Assembly (NCBI GenBank): GCA_045546375.1
Contig: JAZQCR010000128.1
Location: 192-64,191 of the forward strand
DNA from: Eubacteriales bacterium
GTDB lineage: Bacteria; Bacillota; Clostridia; Oscillospirales; CAG-272
Direction: 5' to 3'
DNA: 64,000 nt
A program made the translations under genes and the position numbers. The notes beneath the pieces are model-generated. The model was not told where the DNA came from and made no database searches. It saw nothing but the letters and a program-made list of their open reading frames with translations. This document shows positions 36,830-45,799 of this stretch, piece by piece. How positions within the stretch are numbered: position 1 is the first letter of the stretch; each line of letters opens with the position of its first letter.

Positions 36830-39800
36830 ATCGCACTATCAGAAGAAACCTCAACAGATGACGCATTGGCAGATGTTGGTATCGCTACAGACCTGTCCGA
36901 AGAAACAGCGGTTTCAGTTCTTTTTGAGATGGAGGAACTCAGAGAAAGCGATAAGAAGCAGTTCCGTATGTCGGATGGTAGCTACACCACTGTAACATAT
37001 ATGTCAGATGTGCACTTTGCCGACGGAGAAGAGTGGGTAGAGATAGATAATACCCTGACACAAAACGAAAGCGGCATCGTAAATACCGCATCTGATGTTG
37101 AATATATTTTCTCCGATGATGTTAATACCCTTCCAGGCGTAACAGCATCTCGCGGTGAGTATCAAGTAACTATGTCTGGTGTTGCTGTTGAGAATAATGA
37201 GGAGCAGACACCCATAGTCTTTTCTGCTGCACCGTCCGCTGGTGATAGCAATGGAGAATTTGAAATAAGCATAATCAATCCTCAGTCTGATGCGATGTTG
37301 CTCACTGTAGAAGATGATGAAGAGGAAATATATACTTTGGAAAAGGCGGCAGATGTAGATACATGGTCTTCCGCTGTCCTTTATGACGCAATAGGCGGCG
37401 GAGATAGTTATCATTATGAGTTGAACGGCCGTAATCTAAAGGAGAGTATCGTAGTATACGATTATCGTGATTCTTACGTTTACGCATTCCGTCTGGAAGC
37501 AGGTGGATTATCTGTCGCCCTGAATGATGACGGAGATATCACCATCTGTGACGGTGACGAACAAGTATTTGTCATTCCTGCGCCGTATATGATCGATGCT
37601 ATGGGTGCTATCAGCTATAATGCGGCATACACGCTTGAAGCTGAGGGAAACGGAAACTGGTTTATCACATTAACGGCTGATTCTGCATGGATCAACGCCG
37701 ACGACAGAACCTTCCCCGTGGTCATCGACCCGTCACTCTATGTTCCTGAAATTGAAGATAGCGGTGATGGTATGACTATCGAATATATAACAGTCAATAA
37801 TAATTCTGTTACCGAAACTAATAGCGGATATGAATTGTACGGTGTCGGCAAATCTGCAGTAGGAGACCTATACTCTCATTTGAAGGTTACCAACCTGCCC
37901 GTTTTACCTTACAATACCCGTTTCTGTAAGGCTTGGTTCTACATTCCCTATACAGACTACGCTCAAAGCGATCTTGAGTCGTTTAACGTTATAGCACAGC
38001 CTGCCCTCAATGATTGGAAAACTCAGTTTACGGGAACAGCCAATAATGGCAACATACTGGACTATAAGGTTTTAAAGCCTGAAAATGCAGGCAGTTATAT
38101 CACTCTTGAGGTTACGGAAGAAACCCGAAAATGGTATGACGATAGCACAAGCAACAAAGGTATCGTACTGTATGCCGAGCAGACAAACGGCCAGAAGATG
38201 ACCGATGCGGCAAGATCTGTTGCAACATTCGTCGGTAATTACAAAACCGACGGCGTGACCAGCGATTGTACATATTTCGCAGTTGAGTTCCGCAATGTAC
38301 AGGGAATAGAGTCTTCACTTTCGTATGATACAGCGGATGCCGCACGTGCGGGTACCGTGTCTGTTTCCGACTATACCGGAAGCATGACTTTGGTACACAC
38401 CGATGTCGCCGACAGCGGATACACTCTTTCTCACGTGTATAACAGCAATTACGCGGATAGACTTTTCACCAAGTCTACAGGCAATTCTGCGGTCATCTTC
38501 CATACCGTAGATTACAGCAATATGCTTATCGGAAAGGGATGGAAGCTCAGCGCGCAGGAGAGCGTGGTTACCTATGACTATACCGATAATAAGGGTAATG
38601 CAGATAAATACCTGATCTATACAGACGGTGATGGCTCCGAACACTATTTCGCGGCAGAACTTGGTGATGACGGGAACAAGACCGGCACTTACCTGGATGA
38701 GGAAGGCCTCGGACTTAAGATCGTTGAAAACAGCGCAAAGAACGGATGGATAATGAGTGATGAGAAGGATAACGAGAAGCTCTTTATCCATGGATATCTT
38801 ACTAAGATAACCGATTCCAATGGAAACGTCACAGCTTTCTTATATAATGGCGATAGCTATTCTGCAAGCGGTACAGGTTGGTATCCCGATGCCAACGGTA
38901 ACCAGCTGACATCAATAGTAAGACATAATAATGGTATGTCATACTATACCGTAGCTACGCTTACATATAACGGAAGCAATCTCGTTAAGACTACCGACCG
39001 TTACGGAAATGAGACCGTTTTCACATTGAGTGACGGCCCGCAGATCGACATGATCACTGAGCCTGATGGTCAGATAATGCACTACTTCTACGGTGAAGGC
39101 AATTACCGCATGAGCCGTGCATACGATGCGGAAAGCAATATTGGACTGCAATTTGATTTTAGAGATGGTTCGCCCGATCTCGTATCAATGCGCAGATATA
39201 GTGCACAGAGCCGCGATGGCGAAAAGACGTATCAGTATATTCGTTATTTTAATATGACCATAGAGGGTCAGAGTCGTGTCAGAGACTGCGGTCTGGACAA
39301 CACACCATATACCGCTGACGATATCTTATATACCTACACCTTTGACGATTACGGCAGAACCGTCTCCATAAACGGTGTAGATGCACGCGGAAACACCGTA
39401 TATACCGCAGGCGGCACATACTCTGCCAACAGTGGAACTAAGAAGACTAATAATAGGCTGCTTACCGAGGGTGCCGCCGGTGTAATAGCGCAGAATATAC
39501 TCAAAAATGGCGGCGCTGAATCGGGAGAAGGTTGGAATAACTTCGGTACCGAATTAGGTGTATATTCTAACGGTTGCGAAGAAAGAGATGAATTTGTAAA
39601 GTCCGGCAAGAAGTCCTTTGGTATCAACCTGGAAAGCGGTAACGATTCTACTATCTATCAGGATGTAACGATAAATTCTGCCGGCAAGTATATAGTTACT
39701 GCGCACGTTAAAACAGCGAGCAACTTCACTCCCGGAACAGGCGCGTATGCAGGAGTAAGACTGCAGGTAGAGCAGAATTTAACTCCTATAACCCCAATAA

Positions 39801-42800
39801 GGCAGGATCGCATCAATGAGCGTACGGATGAGAATATCAACGACGGCTGGCTGAAGGTATCAACAGTTGTAAATATTCCCTCCGCGGGCGATTATACCGT
39901 GCGCCTGGTTATGGCTCACTGTACGGGAACAGCGTATTTCGATGAGATACAGATGATTCCCGGCGAGAGCGAAAGTGCATTTAACCATGTTGACAACAGT
40001 AGCTTCACTTATCCTATCACACTTCCCGAGCACGGTACGATAATCGACGATAATGACGCGAACAATGATGGCGATTATACCGTGAACGATGTGCGTAAAA
40101 ACGTGCTGAAGCTCGAGGGCAGACCCTATTACAATTCCGAATATGCTATCCCGCTCTCTATCACTTTGACTGAAGAAGAAGCGGCAAATACCACGTTCCT
40201 TTTCTCGGGATGGGCGAGAGCTAATTCCGTTCCCATTACCGTGGACCGTACGTTCCAGATCACTACAAAGCTGACCTATAGCGACGGTACTTATCAGTAT
40301 GAGATCGCCAAGTTTAATCCCGACGTAAAGGATATGTGGCAGTATATCTGTATCCCCGTTGTTCCCAAGAAGAAAATGGCGATAACGGATATTACCGTAT
40401 ATTGCTCCTTTAAGGCAAATTACGGATATGCGTACTTTGATGACCTGGCTCTCGTAAAGGAAGCGTGCTCTGTATATGAATACGACAAAAATGGCAGACT
40501 GAAGGCGGTCAATGCCACCAACCAGGATGAGATGCAGTTTGGCTATGAAGGTGCTAACCTTATCTCTTCCGCAGGCGGAGCAAACGGCAGCTTCGAGTAT
40601 ACCTACGATGATAACAATAACATCATCAAGGCCACTAATGAGAATCTGTCTATGGATATGGTATATAACTCTGCGGGACAGACCACATCCACTACCCTTA
40701 AGGGTACGGCAAAAACCGGCGATACCACCGATGATAAAGACATCTATCTAAAAACAGAGGCGGAGTATTCCGCAGACGGCAGTAAGGTGAAAGAGAGCAC
40801 TGACGAGCTGGGGAATACTACGGAATTCGGATATCAGTCATTGAATAACGGCGGTCAGCGTGTATCTACCACCACCGATGTGTCAGACACCGTGGAGTAC
40901 TACGATACTACCGATCCTGTAGTAGTGGACGGATACTTTACCGACTACTGCTCCTCCGGTTATTTCTACTCCGAGGCGTTAGCAGATGCAGAGGGCTGGG
41001 ACGTATATACAGAATGGTCAAACGACGGCTTTGTTTACGTTCGCTTCGAGAATGATGCCATAACCACTACAGGCGACTGCTACTTCGACTGGTATTTCTA
41101 TAATAACGGTATACAGTACCGCATGTATGCACGCGGTAACGGCGCATACGCACTCAACTGGGAGCACTATTACGGTCTGCCCAGTGATAATTCATCCCAC
41201 GATAAAGGCGCTTCGCAGTGCTATGTAAGCGTATCGGGCGGCTTTGCAGAGTTTAAGATAGATACCTCTGCTGTTGCAGGCATTTCTGACAGAGACCAGT
41301 TCTTTATCAGCCGTGCATACGTATGGGGCACAGACTGGGTAGCGCGAGATCAAGGCGTCTTCGGCGTTTACACAGAGAAGGGCCGAGACTATAGCAACAC
41401 AACTGCAGGCAAGGTCACCATCAATACCCAGACCGATGCATCGGGCAGAACCGACCTCACTTACATTAATAACGTTGCGTCTGTAGATTACAGCTATACT
41501 AACGGTAATCTCACAGGCATAGTAAGAGGCGGATATAACCCCTCGGCAACGGGCGTAAAGGACGGAACCTATACCGATTATAATGATGATGACCTGGTAT
41601 ACAGCGGTAACGGCTGGACAGTCCACGTTAAGAGTGATAATGACTATGCGTACGTTCGTTTTGATACAGGACATCTCATTTCAAACGAGCAGCGTATATT
41701 CGACTGGTATTTCGATAATGACGGAGTATCCTACCGAATCTATTCACAGTGGACAAGAGAAAATCCCTTCAGCTTCTATATGTTCTACGGAAACGGACAG
41801 ACAGGTCAGTCCTATGACAGAGGTACGACTACCTATTGCTTTGACACCATCAACGGTGTGGCGGAGTATAAGATTGACCTGGACTCTGTAGGTGCTATCT
41901 CTGAGAATGACGGTTTCACACTGAACCGTGCTTACGTATGGGATTCCACGTGGACCAAGCAGGATGAATGTACATTTGACATTTCTGTAGGAATAGATTA
42001 TAATGATACCGTAACAGATCCCGGTAAGAAGCAGCAAAGTTATTCTTTCGAGTACGATATCTTCGGTAACGTGACTGCCACTACCGTAGGCTCCCGTGTT
42101 ATCTCCGAGAATACCTACAATAATTACGGCACGTTAGCCTCCGTGGAGTACGGTAACGGTGAGTACATCGAGTATACCTACGATGAGCTTGATCGTCTGC
42201 GTACTATTGTTGATTCTAACTGGACGCAGTCCTATACCTATGACGGAAACGGTAACGTCACCAGGATAGACGCTGTTTCCTTCGACGAGACCGAGAAACG
42301 CACTATCCGCTATGAGTATGACTCCATCGGCAGACTTGTATACAGCCTTGAGACCGACGGCGACGGTCAGACTCTGCGCTTTGTAAAGAATCAGTATGAT
42401 AATAAGAATCGCCTCACCGAGTATTCTTACTACGACGGACTCAGCGTACGTACCGAGAGCTATACCTATAACGATAACGGAACGGTAAAGACCTTTGCCG
42501 TATCCAACGGTGATACTATCACCAATGACTACGATACTCTGAACCGTATTCAGGAGAAGACCGTCACCAACTCGGATACACAAGAGCAGTTTAAGATAAT
42601 TACTAATTATAAGACTGACTCTACTACCAAGAGGACTACCTCCCTTATCACCGATATCAAGTATGATTATCCGGATAATGGCGGTACTAATTGGGATTAT
42701 CGTTACTTCTATGAGTATGATAATCTGGGTAACATCACTCATGTATACTACCGTACTGCTACGAATAGTAATACCTATACGGATCATACCGTAGCTAAGT

Positions 42801-44305
42801 ACGCATATGACGAGCAGAGCCAGCTTATCTTAGAGGAAGTACATGATGGTGACACCACCTATACCTTACGCTATATCTACGATACCTACGGTAATATCCG
42901 CAAGATAGAGAAGTATCAGGGCGCTTATTCTGATTATGAAGAGGTACTCGGATATGGCATACTTCTTGATACCGTAGAGTATGGCTATGATGACGACACA
43001 TGGCTTGACCTGCTGACCTCTTATGACGGAAATGCTATTACCTATGACGATATGGGTAATCCTGTCATTTACCGTAACGGTGATGACGTCATCGACTGTC
43101 ATTATATGAGTTGGATAGGCAGACAGCTCGTGCGTGTAGGCTTTGGCGGAGATGAGGTCACCTATGAGTATGACGCTGAGGGTCAGCGCACCGAGAAGAC
43201 TGTAAATGGTCAGACTCATGAGTATCTGTATTACGGTAGTCAACTCAATGCATACACCGCAGGCAGCGGAGAGACCTTCCGTTTCTTCTACGATGATGCA
43301 GGTGAGCCTCTTGGATTCTACTTCTTAAATGTAGATACACAGTTCACTGACGCTGAACTCGGCGCGAAGTACTATTACGTACGCAACGCTCAGGGCGATA
43401 TAGTTCAGATCCGTGACAGCGAGTATGGAGTAGTTGCTAACTATCACTACGACGCCTGGGGCAAACTGTTATCCATTACCGACGCACAGGGTGATAGGTT
43501 AACCGATGAAGAGCCTGTAGCTGTACTTAATCCTTTACGCTACCGCGGATACGTTTACGATACTGAGACAGGTTTCTATTACCTGAACTCCAGATACTAC
43601 GATCCCGAAGTTAAGCGGTTTATTTCTGCGGATACAACCGATATACTTACCGCTTCACCCACTGCATTAACCGACAAAAACCTCTATGCATACTGCGATA
43701 ATAATCCTATTATGCGTGCGGATAACGGCGGAGAGTTTTGGAATATCATTGCCGGTGCCGTTATTGGTGGCGGCTTAGAACTTGCCGGGCAATTATTATC
43801 GGGAAAATCTATAACTGATGTAAACTGGGCTAAAGTGGGAGTATCTGCAGTATCAGGAGGTGTTACTGCGGCTGTTGGACCTGTTTTGGGAGCTACGATT
43901 AGTGGGGCAACCAATATCGCTTTAGATGTGATTGATGGCGAAAGAGATATTAAAAAATTAGCTGTTTCTGGAGCTATCGGAGTAGGCGCGTCTTTAGTAG
44001 GTGCTGGCGTTGGTAAAGTAGTTGAAAAAGCTGGAGGCAAAGCGGCAACAAGAGCGTTGAGTAAAATGCCGAAGGCAAAACTTAAAGCAAAAGTCACCAG
44101 TTTAGTTCCAACAATTAAAAGTACTGAAAGAAATGCCATAAAAAATATTTCATATCTAATTAGCAAATATAAGGATATCGGTTCAAAATTCTTCATGAGT
44201 ACAGAGGTAGGAAAAACACTTGTTACCTCGACGGGACAGTTTGCAGAAGGATTTACTGGTGGAGGATTAAATTATGTTAGAAATAGGAACTTTCCATCAT
44301 GGTAA
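36731..44305 (+). CDS. RHS/YD-repeat polymorphic toxin 2 (WapA-like) with a Sec signal peptide, extra inserted domains and a glycine-rich hydrophobic C-terminal domain
   Basis: The signal peptide matches RHS1 apart from one V/I change. It has the DNRLRE-like region, two CBM-like modules, YD repeats and the RHS core PLRYRGYVYDTETGFYYLNSRYYDPEVKRFISADT...DNNPIMRADNGGE. The tip is Gly/Ala/Val-rich (IIAGAVIGGGLELAGQLL...GVSAVSGGVTAAVGPVLGATISGA...GAIGVGASLVGAGVGKV). Confidence 0.95.
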   Translation: MEFKISTKIISLMLSMLMVFMAFPAGAFAIGGEIALSEETSTDDALADVGIATDLSEETAVSVLFEMEELRESDKKQFRMSDGSYTTVTYMSDVHFADGEEWVEIDNTLTQNESGIVNTASDVEYIFSDDVNTLPGVTASRGEYQVTMSGVAVENNEEQTPIVFSAAPSAGDSNGEFEISIINPQSDAMLLTVEDDEEEIYTLEKAADVDTWSSAVLYDAIGGGDSYHYELNGRNLKESIVVYDYRDSYVYAFRLEAGGLSVALNDDGDITICDGDEQVFVIPAPYMIDAMGAISYNAAYTLEAEGNGNWFITLTADSAWINADDRTFPVVIDPSLYVPEIEDSGDGMTIEYITVNNNSVTETNSGYELYGVGKSAVGDLYSHLKVTNLPVLPYNTRFCKAWFYIPYTDYAQSDLESFNVIAQPALNDWKTQFTGTANNGNILDYKVLKPENAGSYITLEVTEETRKWYDDSTSNKGIVLYAEQTNGQKMTDAARSVATFVGNYKTDGVTSDCTYFAVEFRNVQGIESSLSYDTADAARAGTVSVSDYTGSMTLVHTDVADSGYTLSHVYNSNYADRLFTKSTGNSAVIFHTVDYSNMLIGKGWKLSAQESVVTYDYTDNKGNADKYLIYTDGDGSEHYFAAELGDDGNKTGTYLDEEGLGLKIVENSAKNGWIMSDEKDNEKLFIHGYLTKITDSNGNVTAFLYNGDSYSASGTGWYPDANGNQLTSIVRHNNGMSYYTVATLTYNGSNLVKTTDRYGNETVFTLSDGPQIDMITEPDGQIMHYFYGEGNYRMSRAYDAESNIGLQFDFRDGSPDLVSMRRYSAQSRDGEKTYQYIRYFNMTIEGQSRVRDCGLDNTPYTADDILYTYTFDDYGRTVSINGVDARGNTVYTAGGTYSANSGTKKTNNRLLTEGAAGVIAQNILKNGGAESGEGWNNFGTELGVYSNGCEERDEFVKSGKKSFGINLESGNDSTIYQDVTINSAGKYIVTAHVKTASNFTPGTGAYAGVRLQVEQNLTPITPIRQDRINERTDENINDGWLKVSTVVNIPSAGDYTVRLVMAHCTGTAYFDEIQMIPGESESAFNHVDNSSFTYPITLPEHGTIIDDNDANNDGDYTVNDVRKNVLKLEGRPYYNSEYAIPLSITLTEEEAANTTFLFSGWARANSVPITVDRTFQITTKLTYSDGTYQYEIAKFNPDVKDMWQYICIPVVPKKKMAITDITVYCSFKANYGYAYFDDLALVKEACSVYEYDKNGRLKAVNATNQDEMQFGYEGANLISSAGGANGSFEYTYDDNNNIIKATNENLSMDMVYNSAGQTTSTTLKGTAKTGDTTDDKDIYLKTEAEYSADGSKVKESTDELGNTTEFGYQSLNNGGQRVSTTTDVSDTVEYYDTTDPVVVDGYFTDYCSSGYFYSEALADAEGWDVYTEWSNDGFVYVRFENDAITTTGDCYFDWYFYNNGIQYRMYARGNGAYALNWEHYYGLPSDNSSHDKGASQCYVSVSGGFAEFKIDTSAVAGISDRDQFFISRAYVWGTDWVARDQGVFGVYTEKGRDYSNTTAGKVTINTQTDASGRTDLTYINNVASVDYSYTNGNLTGIVRGGYNPSATGVKDGTYTDYNDDDLVYSGNGWTVHVKSDNDYAYVRFDTGHLISNEQRIFDWYFDNDGVSYRIYSQWTRENPFSFYMFYGNGQTGQSYDRGTTTYCFDTINGVAEYKIDLDSVGAISENDGFTLNRAYVWDSTWTKQDECTFDISVGIDYNDTVTDPGKKQQSYSFEYDIFGNVTATTVGSRVISENTYNNYGTLASVEYGNGEYIEYTYDELDRLRTIVDSNWTQSYTYDGNGNVTRIDAVSFDETEKRTIRYEYDSIGRLVYSLETDGDGQTLRFVKNQYDNKNRLTEYSYYDGLSVRTESYTYNDNGTVKTFAVSNGDTITNDYDTLNRIQEKTVTNSDTQEQFKIITNYKTDSTTKRTTSLITDIKYDYPDNGGTNWDYRYFYEYDNLGNITHVYYRTATNSNTYTDHTVAKYAYDEQSQLILEEVHDGDTTYTLRYIYDTYGNIRKIEKYQGAYSDYEEVLGYGILLDTVEYGYDDDTWLDLLTSYDGNAITYDDMGNPVIYRNGDDVIDCHYMSWIGRQLVRVGFGGDEVTYEYDAEGQRTEKTVNGQTHEYLYYGSQLNAYTAGSGETFRFFYDDAGEPLGFYFLNVDTQFTDAELGAKYYYVRNAQGDIVQIRDSEYGVVANYHYDAWGKLLSITDAQGDRLTDEEPVAVLNPLRYRGYVYDTETGFYYLNSRYYDPEVKRFISADTTDILTASPTALTDKNLYAYCDNNPIMRADNGGEFWNIIAGAVIGGGLELAGQLLSGKSITDVNWAKVGVSAVSGGVTAAVGPVLGATISGATNIALDVIDGERDIKKLAVSGAIGVGASLVGAGVGKVVEKAGGKAATRALSKMPKAKLKAKVTSLVPTIKSTERNAIKNISYLISKYKDIGSKFFMSTEVGKTLVTSTGQFAEGFTGGGLNYVRNRNFPSW

Positions 44306-44889
44306 ATGAAAAAATAGTCAGTTTTAGGATTAGACCATATTATCAAGAGTCCATTGTGCAAATAATAATGGATTTTATTGTCATAGGATTGATATCTATT
44401 GTACTTTTTATTGCAAAATTTCCAACAATTGTATGCATCGCTGTTATCATGGTGTATGGCGGAATTGCAGTTATTCTTCATTACAGAACAACAATTCATG
44501 CTATTGTGGATAAGCGAAAAGGGAATTACATAACCGAAATCGTTAGCATTAAAGAATTCTCATCTGAATACTCATTTGCCGGGGATCGGCTTGGGCGCAG
44601 TCATATCCGTTTTTTCTATCCCTCAAAAATGCATATTGGGAAGCACAGAATAAAAGTGGCTAATAACCAAGGTGAGGAAAAAAGACTTAGATCCGTTATG
44701 TCTTTTCGCAGAATAGCTGAATTTGCTATTCTGGATAAGCATCAAATTGAACGCTTGAAAGTAACATATTTAGAAAAATCGAAAATATTACTTTATGTTG
44801 AATTGGTCGATGATATTGACAAAATAATAAGTCGAAAGAAAAAAGATTCAATAAAAAAAGCAGTTCACTTTATTAATTCTTCAATTTAA
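44299..44889 (+). CDS. Membrane protein, putative cognate immunity protein for RHS toxin 2
   Basis: It overlaps the toxin stop, is AT-rich, and has two predicted TM helices (DFIVIGLISIVLFIAKF, IVCIAVIMVYGGIAVILHY). No clear RBS, so the start is uncertain. Confidence 0.5.
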   Translation: MVNEKIVSFRIRPYYQESIVQIIMDFIVIGLISIVLFIAKFPTIVCIAVIMVYGGIAVILHYRTTIHAIVDKRKGNYITEIVSIKEFSSEYSFAGDRLGRSHIRFFYPSKMHIGKHRIKVANNQGEEKRLRSVMSFRRIAEFAILDKHQIERLKVTYLEKSKILLYVELVDDIDKIISRKKKDSIKKAVHFINSSI

Positions 44890-45388
44890 GAACACAGGGG
44901 ACGGGTTCTCTGTGTTAACGCTATGCAGCAGGAGAGATAAAAATAGAATTATCCCTCTTGCTGTCATCAGCACCGTTGCTCAATGTGACTGCCTAAATAA
45001 GTTTTCTACATATGGCAGAAAAACGACAGCCACATTGTGCCGATTCAATACCAATAAGCGGGCGGGTTCACCCCGTCCGCTAATCCTTTTGTAAGGATGG
45101 ATATTGTATAAGTTATATTTTGAATAAAGCTGACAGGTGTTTTGCAAATTAAGGCAGTATTAGTATCTGCCTATTATTTTGCAGGTTAAAGGCGGGTGGC
45201 TGTAAAAGCCACCTTCGTCGACTCACAGCGGACGGCAACGCCGACCGCAACAAGGTTTTTAAGTTTTGAATACATGTATTTTAGGTGCACCTTAAACGGT
45301 GCTTTTTCTTTTTTAGGTACACTGTGAACCCCGGAGGTGGCACTGTGCACGGGTTTTATCGGTGTACATTGGGAGGAAGGAGGTAGAA

Positions 45389-45793
45389 ATGAGCAATGAA
45401 AAGAAGATACGGATACCATTATGGATCTATCCATCCGTACAAGATAAGATAATGAAAAATTACAAGGAAGATAACTGTAAGAGTCCCAGTGAGTTTATTG
45501 AGAAAGCCATACTTTTTTATACAGGATATCTTACGTCAAATGATTATAAGGAATACTTTCCCAACGTTGTTGTCTCTACGGTGAAGGGAAGTCTTGATGG
45601 ATTTGAGGATAGAATAGCAAGCTTGCTATTCAAAATAGCAGTAGAGCTGTCCATGATACTTCACGTAACCGCCGCAACAAATGAAATAGACGAAGACACG
45701 CTCTCTCGTTTGCGTGGCCTGTGCGTGGATGAAGTGAAAAGATTACACGGAAGTATCCGTATGGAACAAGCAGTAAAACATCAGAGAGGGTGA
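45389..45793 (+). CDS. Small relaxosome accessory candidate (possibly ribbon-helix-helix)
   Basis: The ATG at 45389 follows the RBS GGAGGAAGGAGG. The N-terminus reads MSNEKKIRIPLWIYPSVQDKIMKNY, and the gene lies immediately upstream of the relaxase. Confidence 0.45.
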   Translation: MSNEKKIRIPLWIYPSVQDKIMKNYKEDNCKSPSEFIEKAILFYTGYLTSNDYKEYFPNVVVSTVKGSLDGFEDRIASLLFKIAVELSMILHVTAATNEIDEDTLSRLRGLCVDEVKRLHGSIRMEQAVKHQRG

Positions 45794-45799
45794 TGAGAT

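Noticed and set aside
29556-44196. Many 60-217-aa ORFs inside the RHS genes, mostly on the minus strand with a few in alternative + frames (for example 29556..29924, 38315..38791, 41192..41674, 42134..42787, 43684..44196, 40512..40751, 41583..41891)
   Set aside because: They lie entirely inside the long, well-supported RHS reading frames, lack ribosome-binding sites and give low-complexity products. They are the expected by-product of the biased codon usage of YD repeats.
29067-44305. Periodic repeats that might be mistaken for a CRISPR array or tandem DNA repeat
   Set aside because: The periodicity is at the protein level (YD/RHS repeats), with divergent nucleotide sequences. There are no identical direct repeats with unique spacers and no cas genes.
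45186-45434. 82-aa ORF on the minus strand upstream of the relaxase module, and the 60-aa ORF 44912..45094 (+)
   Set aside because: Both lie in hairpin-rich non-coding DNA (the candidate oriT and the cassette flank) and lack an RBS. The first overlaps the RBS and start of the + strand accessory gene.
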